A stretch of 62,796 bases of DNA, filler included, from Welwitschia mirabilis (lineage: Eukaryota): assembly GCA_051453625.1 (NCBI GenBank). It is 5 parts of one record of this genome, joined end to end, with 100 filler letters (N's around TTAATTAATTAA, not from the genome) between each part and the next. Parts side by side here need not be neighbours in the genome. Positions count along the whole stretch, not along the records: positions 10,533 to 30,634 come from JBOZIK010000001.1; positions 30,735 to 55,200 come from JBOZIK010000001.1; 3 more parts are not named here. The stretch is one strand, 5' to 3'. The notes beneath the pieces are model-generated. The model had not been told where the DNA came from. It saw nothing but the letters and a program-made list of their open reading frames with translations, and did not search any database. This document shows, one piece after another, positions 24,780-37,660 of the stretch (position 1 is its first letter; each line of letters starts with the position of its first letter). Both the position numbers and the translations under genes were made by a program.

Positions 24780-26770
24780 TTGATAATTATTTTATAAAAA
24801 TCTTTATTATTAAAATAAATAAGCTATCTAAATGTTAAAATCAAATAATTCCATTTATGAAAATGCATCCACTTTATAGGGTAAGATTATTAAATTGAGA
24901 ATTTAGAAGAAGGTATTTATGAGAATGGCATATTAAATCTTTCTATTACCCATTTATTCATTTATTTCATCTCAGTTAAAAAAATAAAATTACTTGGTAA
25001 AAGTAAATGGTTAATATAGTTTGTAAAGAAATTGGATAAATATTTAAGTGTACTACATTCTATTATGACATTTTCTTTCTTGTGTTTTGTGTTGATAGTT
25101 TTGATAGATCATCAAATTAATAAGTATATGAATAAGTTTATGCACTCTTATTTAAAAACTAAGAAGGATGAATGAGTAAATTTGACTCTATTATGATTTG
25201 CATCCTTCTTGATATTTGTACAGGTACTTCGTTTTTAAAATATTCATTTTACTTATTCATTGGAATTAGAAAAGTTCATCTCATTGCGACACATAACAAT
25301 TTTGAGATTGATGAATAAAAAAAGATTTATTCTTTCAATGCATATTACACATTGTTTAATGCAGGTTTTGGATTGATTAAACATTATTATGAGCCTATAA
25401 AGGATTTACAAGGAACTAATAATTAACCTTGTTAATTAAAGCAAAAGAATTACTCACTCTAGTTAGGTGCATAAATCATGATTATTATTTTTTTTGTCAT
25501 TTATACATTTCTTTCACTAATCACTTACGCTTAACCAACTTGTCATTGATTATATTATTCAGTTCAATGTGGACCATCTTATCCAATGCAATGTGATCAA
25601 TCTTGTCTTATTTAATGTGATCATATTAACTCGTGGGCAAAATGGTGTGTGTGATTGTTGCCTCTCATAGGATCTTGGGTTAAGTCTCAATCCCAGTGTG
25701 GTTAATCATTGTCTCAAAGTAGCTACTGATCATCATCTACCAACTAAATCAAAGACTTTTGGTCTATCATTTACTTCTGAATAAAGACCTTCTCTCTCTT
25801 GAAAACCAATTTTTTATCTTTAGGAAAGCGCATGTTACCAAATTCTCTTTTCACTTTTCTATCTTGTTTTAGTCTCTCCTCATCCTTTTGCTTTTAAGTG
25901 TGGAGCTTGGAGCTTGGCGCTTGGACTTCATTAAATCTTCATCAATCTTTACTAAGTGCAAGCCTTCAATAATCACTTATCCAAAAAGGTTCTTCTACTT
26001 CTTGTATTTCTATGTTCTCTCTTTTCTTAAGGAAGCTTCTTGTATTATAAAAGTAGTGCATTAGGCCATTGCATAAGATTATTATTATATTTATTCAATT
26101 GAGATTGTCCCTTCCATTTGTCTTAAACTAAGATGAGGGAGAGATTTAATTAGTCCCTTTAAATGCTTGGTTGATGGGGTTAACAATGGATAATTTTAGC
26201 CAAGTGACTAGAGGGTTTACTATAATAGTTGGGTACCCATATTTTTTTTGTGTATTGCTAATTCATTTTAAAAGTTGCATTAGGTATTATATATGCATTA
26301 GAATGTTCTTATAGGGTGGATTATCTGATCCTTAATCTTATTTATGCTAGGTAGCTCTTCATGTTAATCTTAAGGTTCATTAAAGTTTTCTACTTCTACG
26401 TAATCTTGTGCATTAATTTTTATAAGTAATATAGATTTTTATTAACTAAAATTTATTTGTATATTAGATAGACTAGTTAGATTAGGTATTTGCATTAACC
26501 TTTATAAGTTATAGTTGCTTAGATTTATATACGAATTTTTATGTTCTTATTTAGATAAAACTTTTTTTTTTGAAATTGGTAAGATAAATTAGGGAGATTA
26601 TAACTTATTAAACTCTGCCTATATTTTAATGAGAAATTTCTCATAAGCCTAGGATTTAGTTAAGATTATAAAAATTTGGTAACAATTATTTTTCTAAGAG
26701 TTAATAATTTTTTAAAAATTATTTTATAAAAATCACTCTAAAAATAAGCACAAAAAATAGTAAGCACTAA
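24780..26770 (+). repeat. ~2 kb repeat, left copy; inverted relative to copies at 55301-58350
   Basis: For example 25450 TTACTCACTCTAGTTAGGTGCAT is the reverse complement of 57781 ATGCACCTAACTAGAATGAGTAA. 25250-25310 matches 57905-57965 reversed, and 26160-26230 matches 57130-57195 reversed. Confidence 0.8.
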
Positions 26771-29700
26771 ATAGATATTTCCAATGAATGAATAGTCTAG
26801 TTTGTAAAGAATTGAATAAACTTTCTAAAGAAACTTGAATTACTTAAAATTTCAAATTAGTTTAGAAGTTATAATCTTTTTGAGTATTGTGTGGTTTGTT
26901 AATATTTCTAAATATTTAGACAGTTTTTATACTTAATGTATGATCTTAGTACATGTATTTATAGATATTCAAATTTAAAAGAGTCAATTTCTAGAAGTTA
27001 TATAATGAGTCTAGTTTAAGAGAAGCTATAATGATTTATTTTTACCCTTATAAATAATTAATTATTAAATTTTAATCATAAAGTCTCTGAACAGGCTAGA
27101 AATTATCTAATTAATTATAGAAGGCTTATTAAATAAAATCATGCTAATAATTTAAGAGTTCAAGATATATAATAGCTATACCAATTTTGTTTTATATCAT
27201 TTGCCATAAATCTTCTTTGATAAAGCATAACTTTTCCCTTTCTTATTAAGGCCTTATTCTTGAATAGTAAGTGAATTTCTTATTTTAACATAAGTTAAAT
27301 TGAATAATTAACTATTTAAGAAAGGTGTAGTTTAATGTTGCTTTTCATTTATTAGTAATTTTCATTGTATATAAAATCCTCTTATTCTATACTTACTATT
27401 ATTTTAATAAATATTTTAGAAATTTATGATGGTTTCCATTTTGGTAATCTAGTCAATCTATGCCCTTTATTAACTCTACAGATACATGAATTTTGAGTAA
27501 GCATCACATCTTTTACTTCTATTTATCTCTTCATTATTTATTTTATTATGTTAGGAAGTTGCTAGTTAATCTTGGAGAATGAGGTTTTAAAGAGATATAT
27601 AATTTCATGTGTAGAATATTTTTATTTCTTTTCATAAAGAATTATAATGTGAAAATATAATTTATTTATAAGTTACAATGATGTGAATGAGAAGAATATA
27701 TTTATAATGTTTTGAATTTGATTACTATATTTTCAAAAGTAAATATTTTGTAACAGGCTAAATAAAGATTATGTATGTTTCTGTTTTCTTCTATATGTGG
27801 CTGTTACAATAAAATAAACCTAATGAAGTTAGACTTATATTTTATAGGTGAACAAGCAACTAAATATCCATATTAGTTAGTATTGTATGCATGCATTTGT
27901 GTAGTGTATTCATCAAATGATAATTAAATCAAGATAATTCTAATAAAGTTCATTCCATACTTGGATTTTGTCATCAAGGTGGATTGACTCCTTTTTTTTT
28001 TTGTGGGAAATATAACCTTTTTTGAAGTAGATTCATCACCACTCTTCTAATGTATATGTACTTACTCTAACTTAATATCTGAAGCCTTTAGTGCTGAAGA
28101 ATCATGTTACACTATCTTGAGATGTTTTAAGGAAGTGAAGGTCACTTGTAAGCATACGTCCACCTCATGTATCATCTTTTGCCTTTTTAATAGTATATCA
28201 AGCTGAGGCTTAGGCCTATGGAGTTGAGCCCAGCCATGTTTGCTTAGTTTAAAACCCACATCTGAATGACAACTAAATATCAAGTTGGAATGACATTAAT
28301 AAGAGATGCAAACTCCTATTATATTGGTTAGGAATTATCATAAACCTCTATCCATGTTTGTATTAAAACAAGTTAACATTTCATTAGCTATATAACATAT
28401 CTCTATGTGATAAAAAATAAGGAAGAAATATAAGACACATAAGTGACATTGCTGTTATTTGCAAACCAAATTAATCTTCCCATAAAAAATATTTATAGTT
28501 TTTTTTTCATATGTGTGTGTATGTACATGTGTATGTGTGCACACGTGCGTGCTAATAAAGTATATGTAGAAGTTGATCCTAGGTTCCACTAAGAATTTTA
28601 ACTAATTGAAAAAAATGCTTATTATGAGTAAATTAAGTTAGGATGTTACAACCTCTTACAAGGTGAGAGGAATTATGTGCTAATGCCTTTGGAAGTAATT
28701 CTAATAATATAGAAGAATGCTTTTTGAGGTCTATTATAAAGACAACATATAAGGAGCCTTTGGACGTGGAATGTTAAACATGTAAAAATTGACATTCCAA
28801 TAAAGTTAATTGACTAATTTATCTTAATGAAGGAAACTAATATAATTAATTTTATCATAAAAACATGTATTCTATTGATTTTTTACAATAATTATGGATT
28901 TATTATTTGCCTATGGCATTTTTAGGTTATTTATGCTAACTTGAAGAACATGCTTAAAGATGATGCTCATACAGGCTAAAACACTAGTGCTACCATTTAG
29001 GTTACCTAGTGCTCCTAGTCCTTCTACACAAAAGAATTCAAATTTCACATTCCTAACTTATCATGGGACATTGATCCAAATGATGAATATGGGTTTAATC
29101 AAATTCCACATTAGAAATAACTTGCATTCTTAACAACATGAGATAGTGATGATGATGATATGTACTAGAAACATATGGCATTATTAAGTAGGATGATGGT
29201 GGAAACACAAGACAAAAACAACAGTTTGTAGAAGCAATAGCATCTAGGAGCCAAGTGTTGGCCTCGTCATAATGATCTCTACCTAATGAAAAATGATAAA
29301 TGCCCTACCTAATACCATCATTCTATAACTGCTTACCTAATGTTACAAGCCAAAGGCTTGTAACTACCCTCNNNNNNNNNNNNNNNNNNNNNNNNNNNNN
29401 NNNNNNNNNNNNNNNNNNNNNNNNNNNNNNNNNNNNNNNNNNNNNNNNNNNNNNNNNNNNNNNNNNNNNNNNNNNNNNNNNNNNNNNNNNNNNNNNNNNN
29501 NNNNNNNNNNNNNNNNNNNNNNNNNNNNNNNNNNNNNNNNNNNNNNNNNNNNNNNNNNNNNNNNNNNNNNNNNNNNNNNNNNNNNNNNNNNNNNNNNNNN
29601 NNNNNNNNNNNNNNNNNNNNNNNNNNNNNNNNNNNNNNNNNNNNNNNNNNNNNNNNNNNNNNNNNNNNNNNNNNNNNNNNNNNNNNNNNNNNNNNNNNNN

Positions 29701-30734
29701 NNNNNNNNNNNNNNNNNNNNNNNNNNNNNNNNNNNNNNNNNNNNNNNNNNNNNNNNNNNNNNNNNNNNNNNNNNNNNNNNNNNNNNNNNNNNNNNNNNNN
29801 NNNNNNNNNNNNNNNNNNNNNNNNNNNNNNNNNNNNNNNNNNNNNNNNNNNNNNNNNNNNNNNNNNNNNNNNNNNNNNNNNNNNNNNNNNNNNNNNNNNN
29901 NNNNNNNNNNNNNNNNNNNNNNNNNNNNNNNNNNNNNNNNNNNNNNNNNNNNNNNNNNNNNNNNNNNNNNNNNNNNNNNNNNNNNNNNNNNNNNNNNNNN
30001 NNNNNNNNNNNNNNNNNNNNNNNNNNNNNNNNNNNNNNNNNNNNNNNNNNNNNNNNNNNNNNNNNNNNNNNNNNNNNNNNNNNNNNNNNNNNNNNNNNNN
30101 NNNNNNNNNNNNNNNNNNNNNNNNNNNNNNNNNNNNNNNNNNNNNNNNNNNNNNNNNNNNNNNNNNNNNNNNNNNNNNNNNNNNNNNNNNNNNNNNNNNN
30201 CTATCTTTGATGTAGTGTGCTTTTTTTTGATTAAATACTAAATATTTGTTTTCCTTTGATTATTAGTTACAATTCATTTTGTACTAGGAATGCTGAAGTA
30301 GCAACATACTATCAGTATCCTTTGGTTAATCAAGTGAATTCATCAAGTTGATTAGTCTAAGTCTTAGTAATTTCATGGATCTTGTGCATGATAAGTTTAT
30401 ACTTTCCATTTTTATTATAAGGCTGTGGAGGATCAGCGAATTCGAATTCACCAATACTAATATGGTAAATGAGATCATGTTACCATGACCTGAGCCATCA
30501 TACTTGATAGTTTAAAGTTTATTTTAGGATAGTAGAGCATATGGTCAAGTGAGGAATCATAGAAGAATAAGCCATGTGAAAACTTGGAGCTTTCATACTT
30601 CCCACTTTTTCGAATGAAGTTTCAAAACCACTACNNNNNNNNNNNNNNNNNNNNNNNNNNNNNNNNNNNNNNNNNNNNTTAATTAATTAANNNNNNNNNN
30701 NNNNNNNNNNNNNNNNNNNNNNNNNNNNNNNNNN

Positions 30735-33700
30735 AGCACAAGTGGTGGATTCTTTTTCATTAGAAATTATCTCACTACCTAGTATAGTAAGAAATAATGC
30801 TCCATATCTTTCTCTATAGTCAAAGCTAAGTATAGAACTACTGGAGCATGTTGAACTCAGACTTTATGAGTGAAAGAGACCTTAAAGGATTATGGTCTAA
30901 ACATCATAGAAGTTCTAGTTTTATGTGACAACTCAAGTGTTGTTTAGTTGTTCATAATCTAGTTCAATATACTCGCACTAAGCACATCGATATTAGGTAG
31001 TACTTTTTTCAAGAATTGGTAGATAAGAAAATCACTACCCTAAAATATGTTTGTATTAAAAATCAACTAGTAGATATATTTATGAAACCTCTATCACCTG
31101 TTCATTTCAAAAATTTTCATTACTTTCTGGGTATCAAGTCTGAAAAAAATTTGCCAAATCTAGCTTCATCTAAATAATAGAGTTTAGTTAAGGGGTTTAA
31201 ACCTTTGATTATAATATAAGTTTAAACCCTAGTCAACTTACTTTTCAAAGTGAGGCAACTACTTATCATTTAGTTTTTCTTACTGTTAAAATTTTCTCTT
31301 CACTGGGTTGACAAATCATACCATTAGGTCAATTGGTTTAGTCCCAATTTTCTTGTATCATCTTGTAGTAATTGGATCAACTACACATTTGCTTTGGATC
31401 AACCTCATTAACCTCTATTTCTAGTTACACCAAGTTGGCCTCTACTTATTTATAGGTTGACTGAGTTTGATATAGTTTCGACTATCAAATTCTCATCATG
31501 TAGGGCTGACCGCACTAATATCTTACTTTTCAGTTTTTAAAATTTTACATGGGTCACATTTAAGGTGGTGTGTGCAGATTTTTAAAATCTGCCCACCCTT
31601 TCTCTTTTCCTTATTTCTTTATCTTCTTTTATCATTTTCTAAGCTTTTGTGGGACCCTTATTCAACTTTTTGCATGCTCTTTCTCTCAGATATAGGCTTA
31701 AAATGGCTTTTTAGTAGTCAGGAGAGGGATCCAGAAAGAGAAGAAAGAAAGCAATAGCAAAACCTCCCAGTCATGTTTTCTCAAGGATGAGTTTTGAACA
31801 GTTTTCACATTTTGAGAAGCATTTTGAAACTAGTCCCATAGCTTTGAAAAGAACCTGTGAGCCAGCATAATTTCTAAGCCTGAGGAAAGTCTAGACTTTA
31901 CTGAAAGAGATCAACTAGGGTTATTTTCTTCATGTGTCTAGTACCTGCTATCCTTTGATAATTAAGTTATTTTATTCTAATGCCAGATTTGATGCTTCTT
32001 AATCTACATTTATTACTTTAGTTTTTGACCATGAAATGCACATTACTACTGATCTTATAGCTTTTCTAACTAGGTTACCTTGAGGGAACTAGGGTGAATA
32101 CTGACCTATGGCTAAATATTTTAAGGAAAATGATGTGACCACTCAACATGTCTGTGGCACATATGTCACTTTGAAGAAGACTCTCAAAGCTTCCCAGCTT
32201 CTTCCAAGATTTTGGTTTCTTCACCTCATCTTGTCTTACAACTTTTTGCCAGTTGCTGGGCATAGAGATAAGATCTCCAACTATAGCATCTTCCTTCTTT
32301 ATGCACTAGATAAAATAAGAGATATTGATGCTCTTGGAATCATGCTTAAGTACACAGCCAACTAGCTTCCGGCTCACAAAAGGCGTGCCCTGCCATATCC
32401 CTTCCTGATCACATGGATTTGTCATTACTTTGGCATTTATCATCTTGTTAGGTAGGATATTCATAAGCCCATGGGGCCTATTGATCATGCTACCTTATCT
32501 AGCATGCACATATTTGAAGAACTAGCTACTCCTTCTAGGCCTAAGTCAAGGCCTCTTAAACTCTAGAGATCCTTCATCTTCTGTAACGTATCGACTCATG
32601 AACTTATCACATCAAAAAAACACTAATTGCTAGTGGTACTCTAGTAGCTAACACCTCTCAAAATGAGGGTGCTCAATCTTCTGAGTCCTCTGAGTCTGAT
32701 TAAGTCTGTGTGTCTTAATCTTTATTTTTTAGATTTGCTTTCTACTACCTGTCCTTGTTTTCATTAAAAAGTAGGAAAACAATTTATACTCTTATTGTCA
32801 CTTTTATGCATTATTAAAAAATATACTTCTCATGATGTAATCCAAACTTTTTGAATAATATAAGAAGTTTTTTTATTATGAAAATCTCTTTGATCTTTAC
32901 TGGATTTCTTTCATGCAAAACTCGTATAAATTTAATTGATTTTGAAGTTAAATGAGTTAGGGGGATAATCCATATGTCAAATTATTTTTTTCCCTTAATC
33001 AATGATAAAGGAGGAGTTTGTTGAGAACCTATTTTTATTAATTAATTTAATGAGTTTTTGTAGTTAGTCAATTGTGCAGAGATTTTTCACCACCAGGCGA
33101 CCAACTTCTAAGACTGAGAGACTGACCTGTTAAAGAACTATGATACTTATTTAGAATCGGATGACCACACATAGAACATCGGATGACCGAATTGATGCAG
33201 ATTAAGAAAATGAATGGTTGCAGAATGGGTGACCGAGTGCGTTATATCGGGTGACCGATTTGACACATCAGGAAGAAAACCGGTTCAATAACATGTGACT
33301 AAAAACTCATATTTAGGTGACCCCATTTGAGCCTTTTTATAAGAATAATGGCAAACATGGGTGATTGTTAAATAGACACAGGTGATCACATTATAATCTA
33401 TGAAATTCAGTCTGATGATAGAACAAGCAACCGACTAATTTTAAACGGTGTCTACACAATAATCAGTAAAGCTTGAGTCTACTGAATGCAAGGACGATCG
33501 AAGGACGTAATTATGGGTGACTGCATTTTAGGAATAAGGGTGACTGTAGGTCTAGAGGACTAGGTACTATATCAAGGTTGACTGTACGAAGTAAAATGTA
33601 ACTATTATATTTTTAATAGTTCATTAAAAAGGGTGCAATGGTTCATCAAAAACATAACGGTTCACTTCATCCTCATCAAATGGTTACCTTGTGCATCTTT

Positions 33701-34175
33701 AGTATTTAAGCTCTCTTCTAATCAAAATAAATAGAACTTTTCTTATAAGATCAGAAATTGAAAAATAATAATTGTCATACTCTTTTAGCATTATATTTGA
33801 GCTAGTTTCAACTTTAGATTTCTAATTGAATCTATCATTACACCCACTTAGAAGAAGATATTGCTATACCTCTGAGAGAAAATCTGTGCATCTGTGCATT
33901 CTTCTTTCTTCCATTTATCTGTGGTTGAGGATTAGTCATAAAATCCTTTGAAGTTGTAAAAGGTTATTTAGTAAGCTTGAAAACCATTATTGAAAGCTAA
34001 TATATGCCAGCCAAGGACAAGGAATCTAAGGGGCTGAAAGGTGATGTCTACCCACCATTGAATATCTTGCTTTTGTATTGCATATCTACTTGTTTTATTT
34101 GTAGGTTGTGAAGCATGAGGAAACTAATTTTTAAAGACCTATTCACCCCCCTCTAGGGTCAATCCTCTACTTTCA
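30735..34175 (+). mobile_element. 3' part of a Sirevirus (SIRE/Maximus)-like copia: RNase H, env-like ORF, PPT and 3' LTR (33019-34175)
   Basis: RNaseH remnants LCDNSS and TRTKHIDIR at ~30920-31100. A decayed extra ORF at ~31700-32700 reads LHLILSYNFLPVAGHRDKIS...ALPYPFLITWIC. PPT AAAGGAGGAG is followed by TGTTGAG at 33019. The LTR has repeated GG(A/G)TGACCG motifs and ends CCTATTCACCCCCCTCTAGG...TTTCA. Confidence 0.8.
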
Positions 34176-37050
34176 CATACAATTAGAACAAGTTACTAGT
34201 AAGTCATCTATAACAATAAAGAAAAAAAGGAAAAAGATCCTAAAAAATAAACTTTTACATAAATGATCAAATTAAAAATAGATTTACTCAATTAGTAACA
34301 TCATTCATAGTCCATACAATGGTGTGAAAATAATAATTTAGATTAAGGAATTTTATGGATATTCAATATACATCTCTTAAGTGGAGCTTCAATGAGGCTA
34401 AAGTTGATGAGAATTAATTGTTAGATATGCAAGAAGAGTTAAATCAACTTGAACAATGTGATGTTTGGGAACTTATCAAAGCTAGAAAATAAACTCATAA
34501 TAGGAATAAAATGAATGTTCAAAAATAAAAAAATAGATGAGAATGAGAACATCATTAGAAATAAGACAAAACTAGTGGCCAAGAGGTACAATCAACATTA
34601 AGAAGTAGAATTTAAATAGACTTTTGCTCTAGTATCTCATATGGAATAAATTAGAATGTTTTTAGATTTTTTACATGTTAAAGGATTTAAGCTCTACCAA
34701 ATGGATGTTTAGAGTACTTTTTTGAATGGATTCTTATAAGAAGAGGTGTATGTTGAGAAATCTAAAGGCTTTACTAACTTTCATAATACAAATCATGTTT
34801 ACAAGTTAAAAGAGGTCCTCTATGGACTTAAGAAAGCACTTGATGTGAAAAGATCTTAGGTTACCTAGTAGAAATGAATTTAAAAGAGGTAATTTAATGT
34901 TACTTATAAATATAGATGGTGATGATTTACTATTATGCAAATATCTGTTAATGATATTGTATTTGATGATACTAATGTATGTTTATATAAGAAGTTACCA
35001 AGATCATGTAGGATGAATTTGAAATGAGTCTCATGGGAGAGATGAGCAACTTCTTGGGTATACAAGTTATGTAATATTGAAAAGGTACATTTATTATACA
35101 TGAAGAATTAATTAGTCAAGTATAAATTACAGGAATTCAAGGTAAAACACATACCAATGAGTCTAAATACAAAATTAGATAAAAACAAATATAATAAGAA
35201 GGTCGATCAAAAGTTATATAAAAGTATGATTAGTATCTACTTTATCTTACTATAAGTAGACTGTGTATCTTATTAAGTGTGGATATTTGTGCACACTATC
35301 AAAGTAATCCTAGAGAATTGCATCTCACTGCATTTAATAGAATTTCTTATTATTTAAAAGTTACTACTAATTGGGATCTTTGTTACTCATAGGACTCCTG
35401 CCTTGATCTAGTTTGGTATTGTGATCTAGCTTACTTAGATTGTAAAGATGATAGGAGAAGAATAAGCAGTTATTACTACTTACTAGAACAATGTTTGATA
35501 TCTTAGAGTAGTAAGAAGTAAAAATTGGCTACCCTTTCACTAGTTGAAGCTGAATACATTACTGTGGGTAGCTTTCATGCATAGGTACTAAGGATGAACT
35601 AGACATTGAAGGAATTTAAACTCAAAATAGAGAATATTTCTAACTGTTGTAATAGAAAAAGTGTAATCAATGTATTCAAAAATCCTATTCAGCATTCAAG
35701 AATGAAGCACATTAAGGTGTAACATAATTTTTTTAGGGAACACATGTAAGATAAATACACTTTACTAGAATAAGTTAAAATAGAAGAGTAGCTTGTAGAT
35801 ATTTACAAGATCATTAAGTAATAAAAGATTTGTTAAGATATGTTAGAACTAGGGATTAGACCTTGTCTATTCAAGTAAGCCATTAGATAAATATTTCTTG
35901 AATCTTAACTTAGTATCTTACTTGACATGTTTTTTGTGAGTTAAATCAATTGCACCAGGCACTTGTAGTTTATGCTATGCGAGTAGTGTGATTTTGAAAC
36001 CTTTATAAAATTTTTTGTAGTTTAGCTAAATAGATTTACATCTCTTTTTATCTTAGTAATTTGTTTAAGTACAAATATAATAATCATGACATTAACAAAT
36101 CTGACAATTTTTAAGAATGAAAGGTAGACATATTTTAAGTTTAAAAACATCTATTATGAAGATATATTTGAATTTGAAAACATATCTAGTAAAGACATTT
36201 TTAATGGTGCATATATCTTTAACTGTTAGTTATCTAAAATTCAGGTAAGATGTCTTTCAAATAGGTAGATGTATTGTTTTGTAATTATAGACATCTTTAA
36301 TTCATGTACATCTCTTTTGACTTTAATTAATACTTTAAATATTTAACAAGAAGACATATTTGATGGTAAATGCCTCTTTTTATCATTTCAAACATCCTTT
36401 AATAGATATACATTTAAAATATTATAGATTCAAAATTAAAAAATGTATAAAATACTAGGGTTTTATTCTATTTTAAATGCATAAGGAATTACACCATTGG
36501 TTTCACTTCTCCTTTTTTGCAGTGCCCCTGTTACTATTGAACACATCCTCTTTGCTCAAATATCTCTAGTTAAACATCTTTAACTTGGATGGAATCTTCA
36601 CATCTAGCATGAATAAGAAAAATCTTTTACAAGTGTGCATTTTACTTATTCCTATTATGTTTTCTTTGGATATTCAATTTTCTTTGAGGTACATTATTCA
36701 GAGATGGCAAGGCAAAGGCCCTTAGCCATAACCAAGGGTAGGAAAACTACTCAAGTATCACAAAGATAGTAATATGAAATGCATCTTTATCATGAGTCTG
36801 TAAAGAGCTAATTTAAATCTTAGACGAAGAACTCTATTATTATAGAAAAAAATCTTGGTTTCCAAAAATATAGAAAGATGAAATCTTATAATAGTTTTCT
36901 CATCTTGTATGGGACATGATTGTGTGGTTTGAGCAAAGTGTATTGGATTTGGCGGTGCATGAATTATACACCAATATTTACAAGATTAATGATTTTACTA
37001 GTCATTTTTAAATGTAAGTAAGATAGAATTCCTTAAGTTTTTTAAATAAT
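34176..37050 (+). mobile_element. Second degraded SIRE-like copia RT-RNaseH (34380-35870) with downstream env-like remnant; likely host of the preceding insertion
   Basis: Translates MQEELNQLEQCDVWEL, KLYQMDV, EFEMSLMGEMSNFLGIQ, EAEYIT and NPIQHSRMKHI with many stops. Confidence 0.8.
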
Positions 37051-37169
37051 GTTATTAATAAATTATATGGAATAGATTCTAATGTGATTTAACCCATTAA
37101 GAACCAAATTCAATTGAGCAAAAATTCCCCAAACCACAAATAAAGTTTAGATCATAAAATCAAATAGTG

Positions 37170-37660
37170 TCTGAAAAAGTCTATTTTTGATACTATGTCT
37201 ATAAAAGTCTATTTTTAGTCCATTTCAACACTCTATCCACAAAAGTTTTTTTTAGTCTATTTTTCAATAATTTATTTTCAAAAGTTTATTTTTAATAAAT
37301 TTTTAATACTCTATTTTCAAAAGTCCATTTGTAGTCTATCTTTAATATCTTATTTGCAAAACTCTGTCCTATCTGGAAAAGTCAGTTTTCAGTCCATCTT
37401 TAGCATTCTACATCAAATATTTATCTTTAGAATTCTATCTATGAAAGTCCATCTCCAGAATTTCATCTACAAAACTCTATCTCTAGCACTTCATATATTA
37501 AACTTCATCTGCAACACTTCACCTACAAAAGTCTACATTCCATCTATAAAACCTTAACTCTAGCATTTTGTCTATAAAAATATGCATACATAACCCAGTC
37601 TATAAAAGTTTATCTTCCAAAATATGTCTTCAAAACTCCATATTCAAAATATATTCATAG
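37170..37660. repeat. Degenerate tandem array of short TCTAT(C/A)...AAAAGT-type units
   Basis: Recurrent AAAAGTC(T/C)AT and CTCTATC/TCTACAAAA motifs at ~20-40 bp spacing. A reverse-strand PBS-like GTCTGATACCA lies nearby at 37971-37981. Confidence 0.5.

Noticed and set aside
29300..30241. 313 aa ORF, and other X-containing ORFs at 10481, 42539 and 56080
   Set aside because: These consist mostly of N gap sequence.
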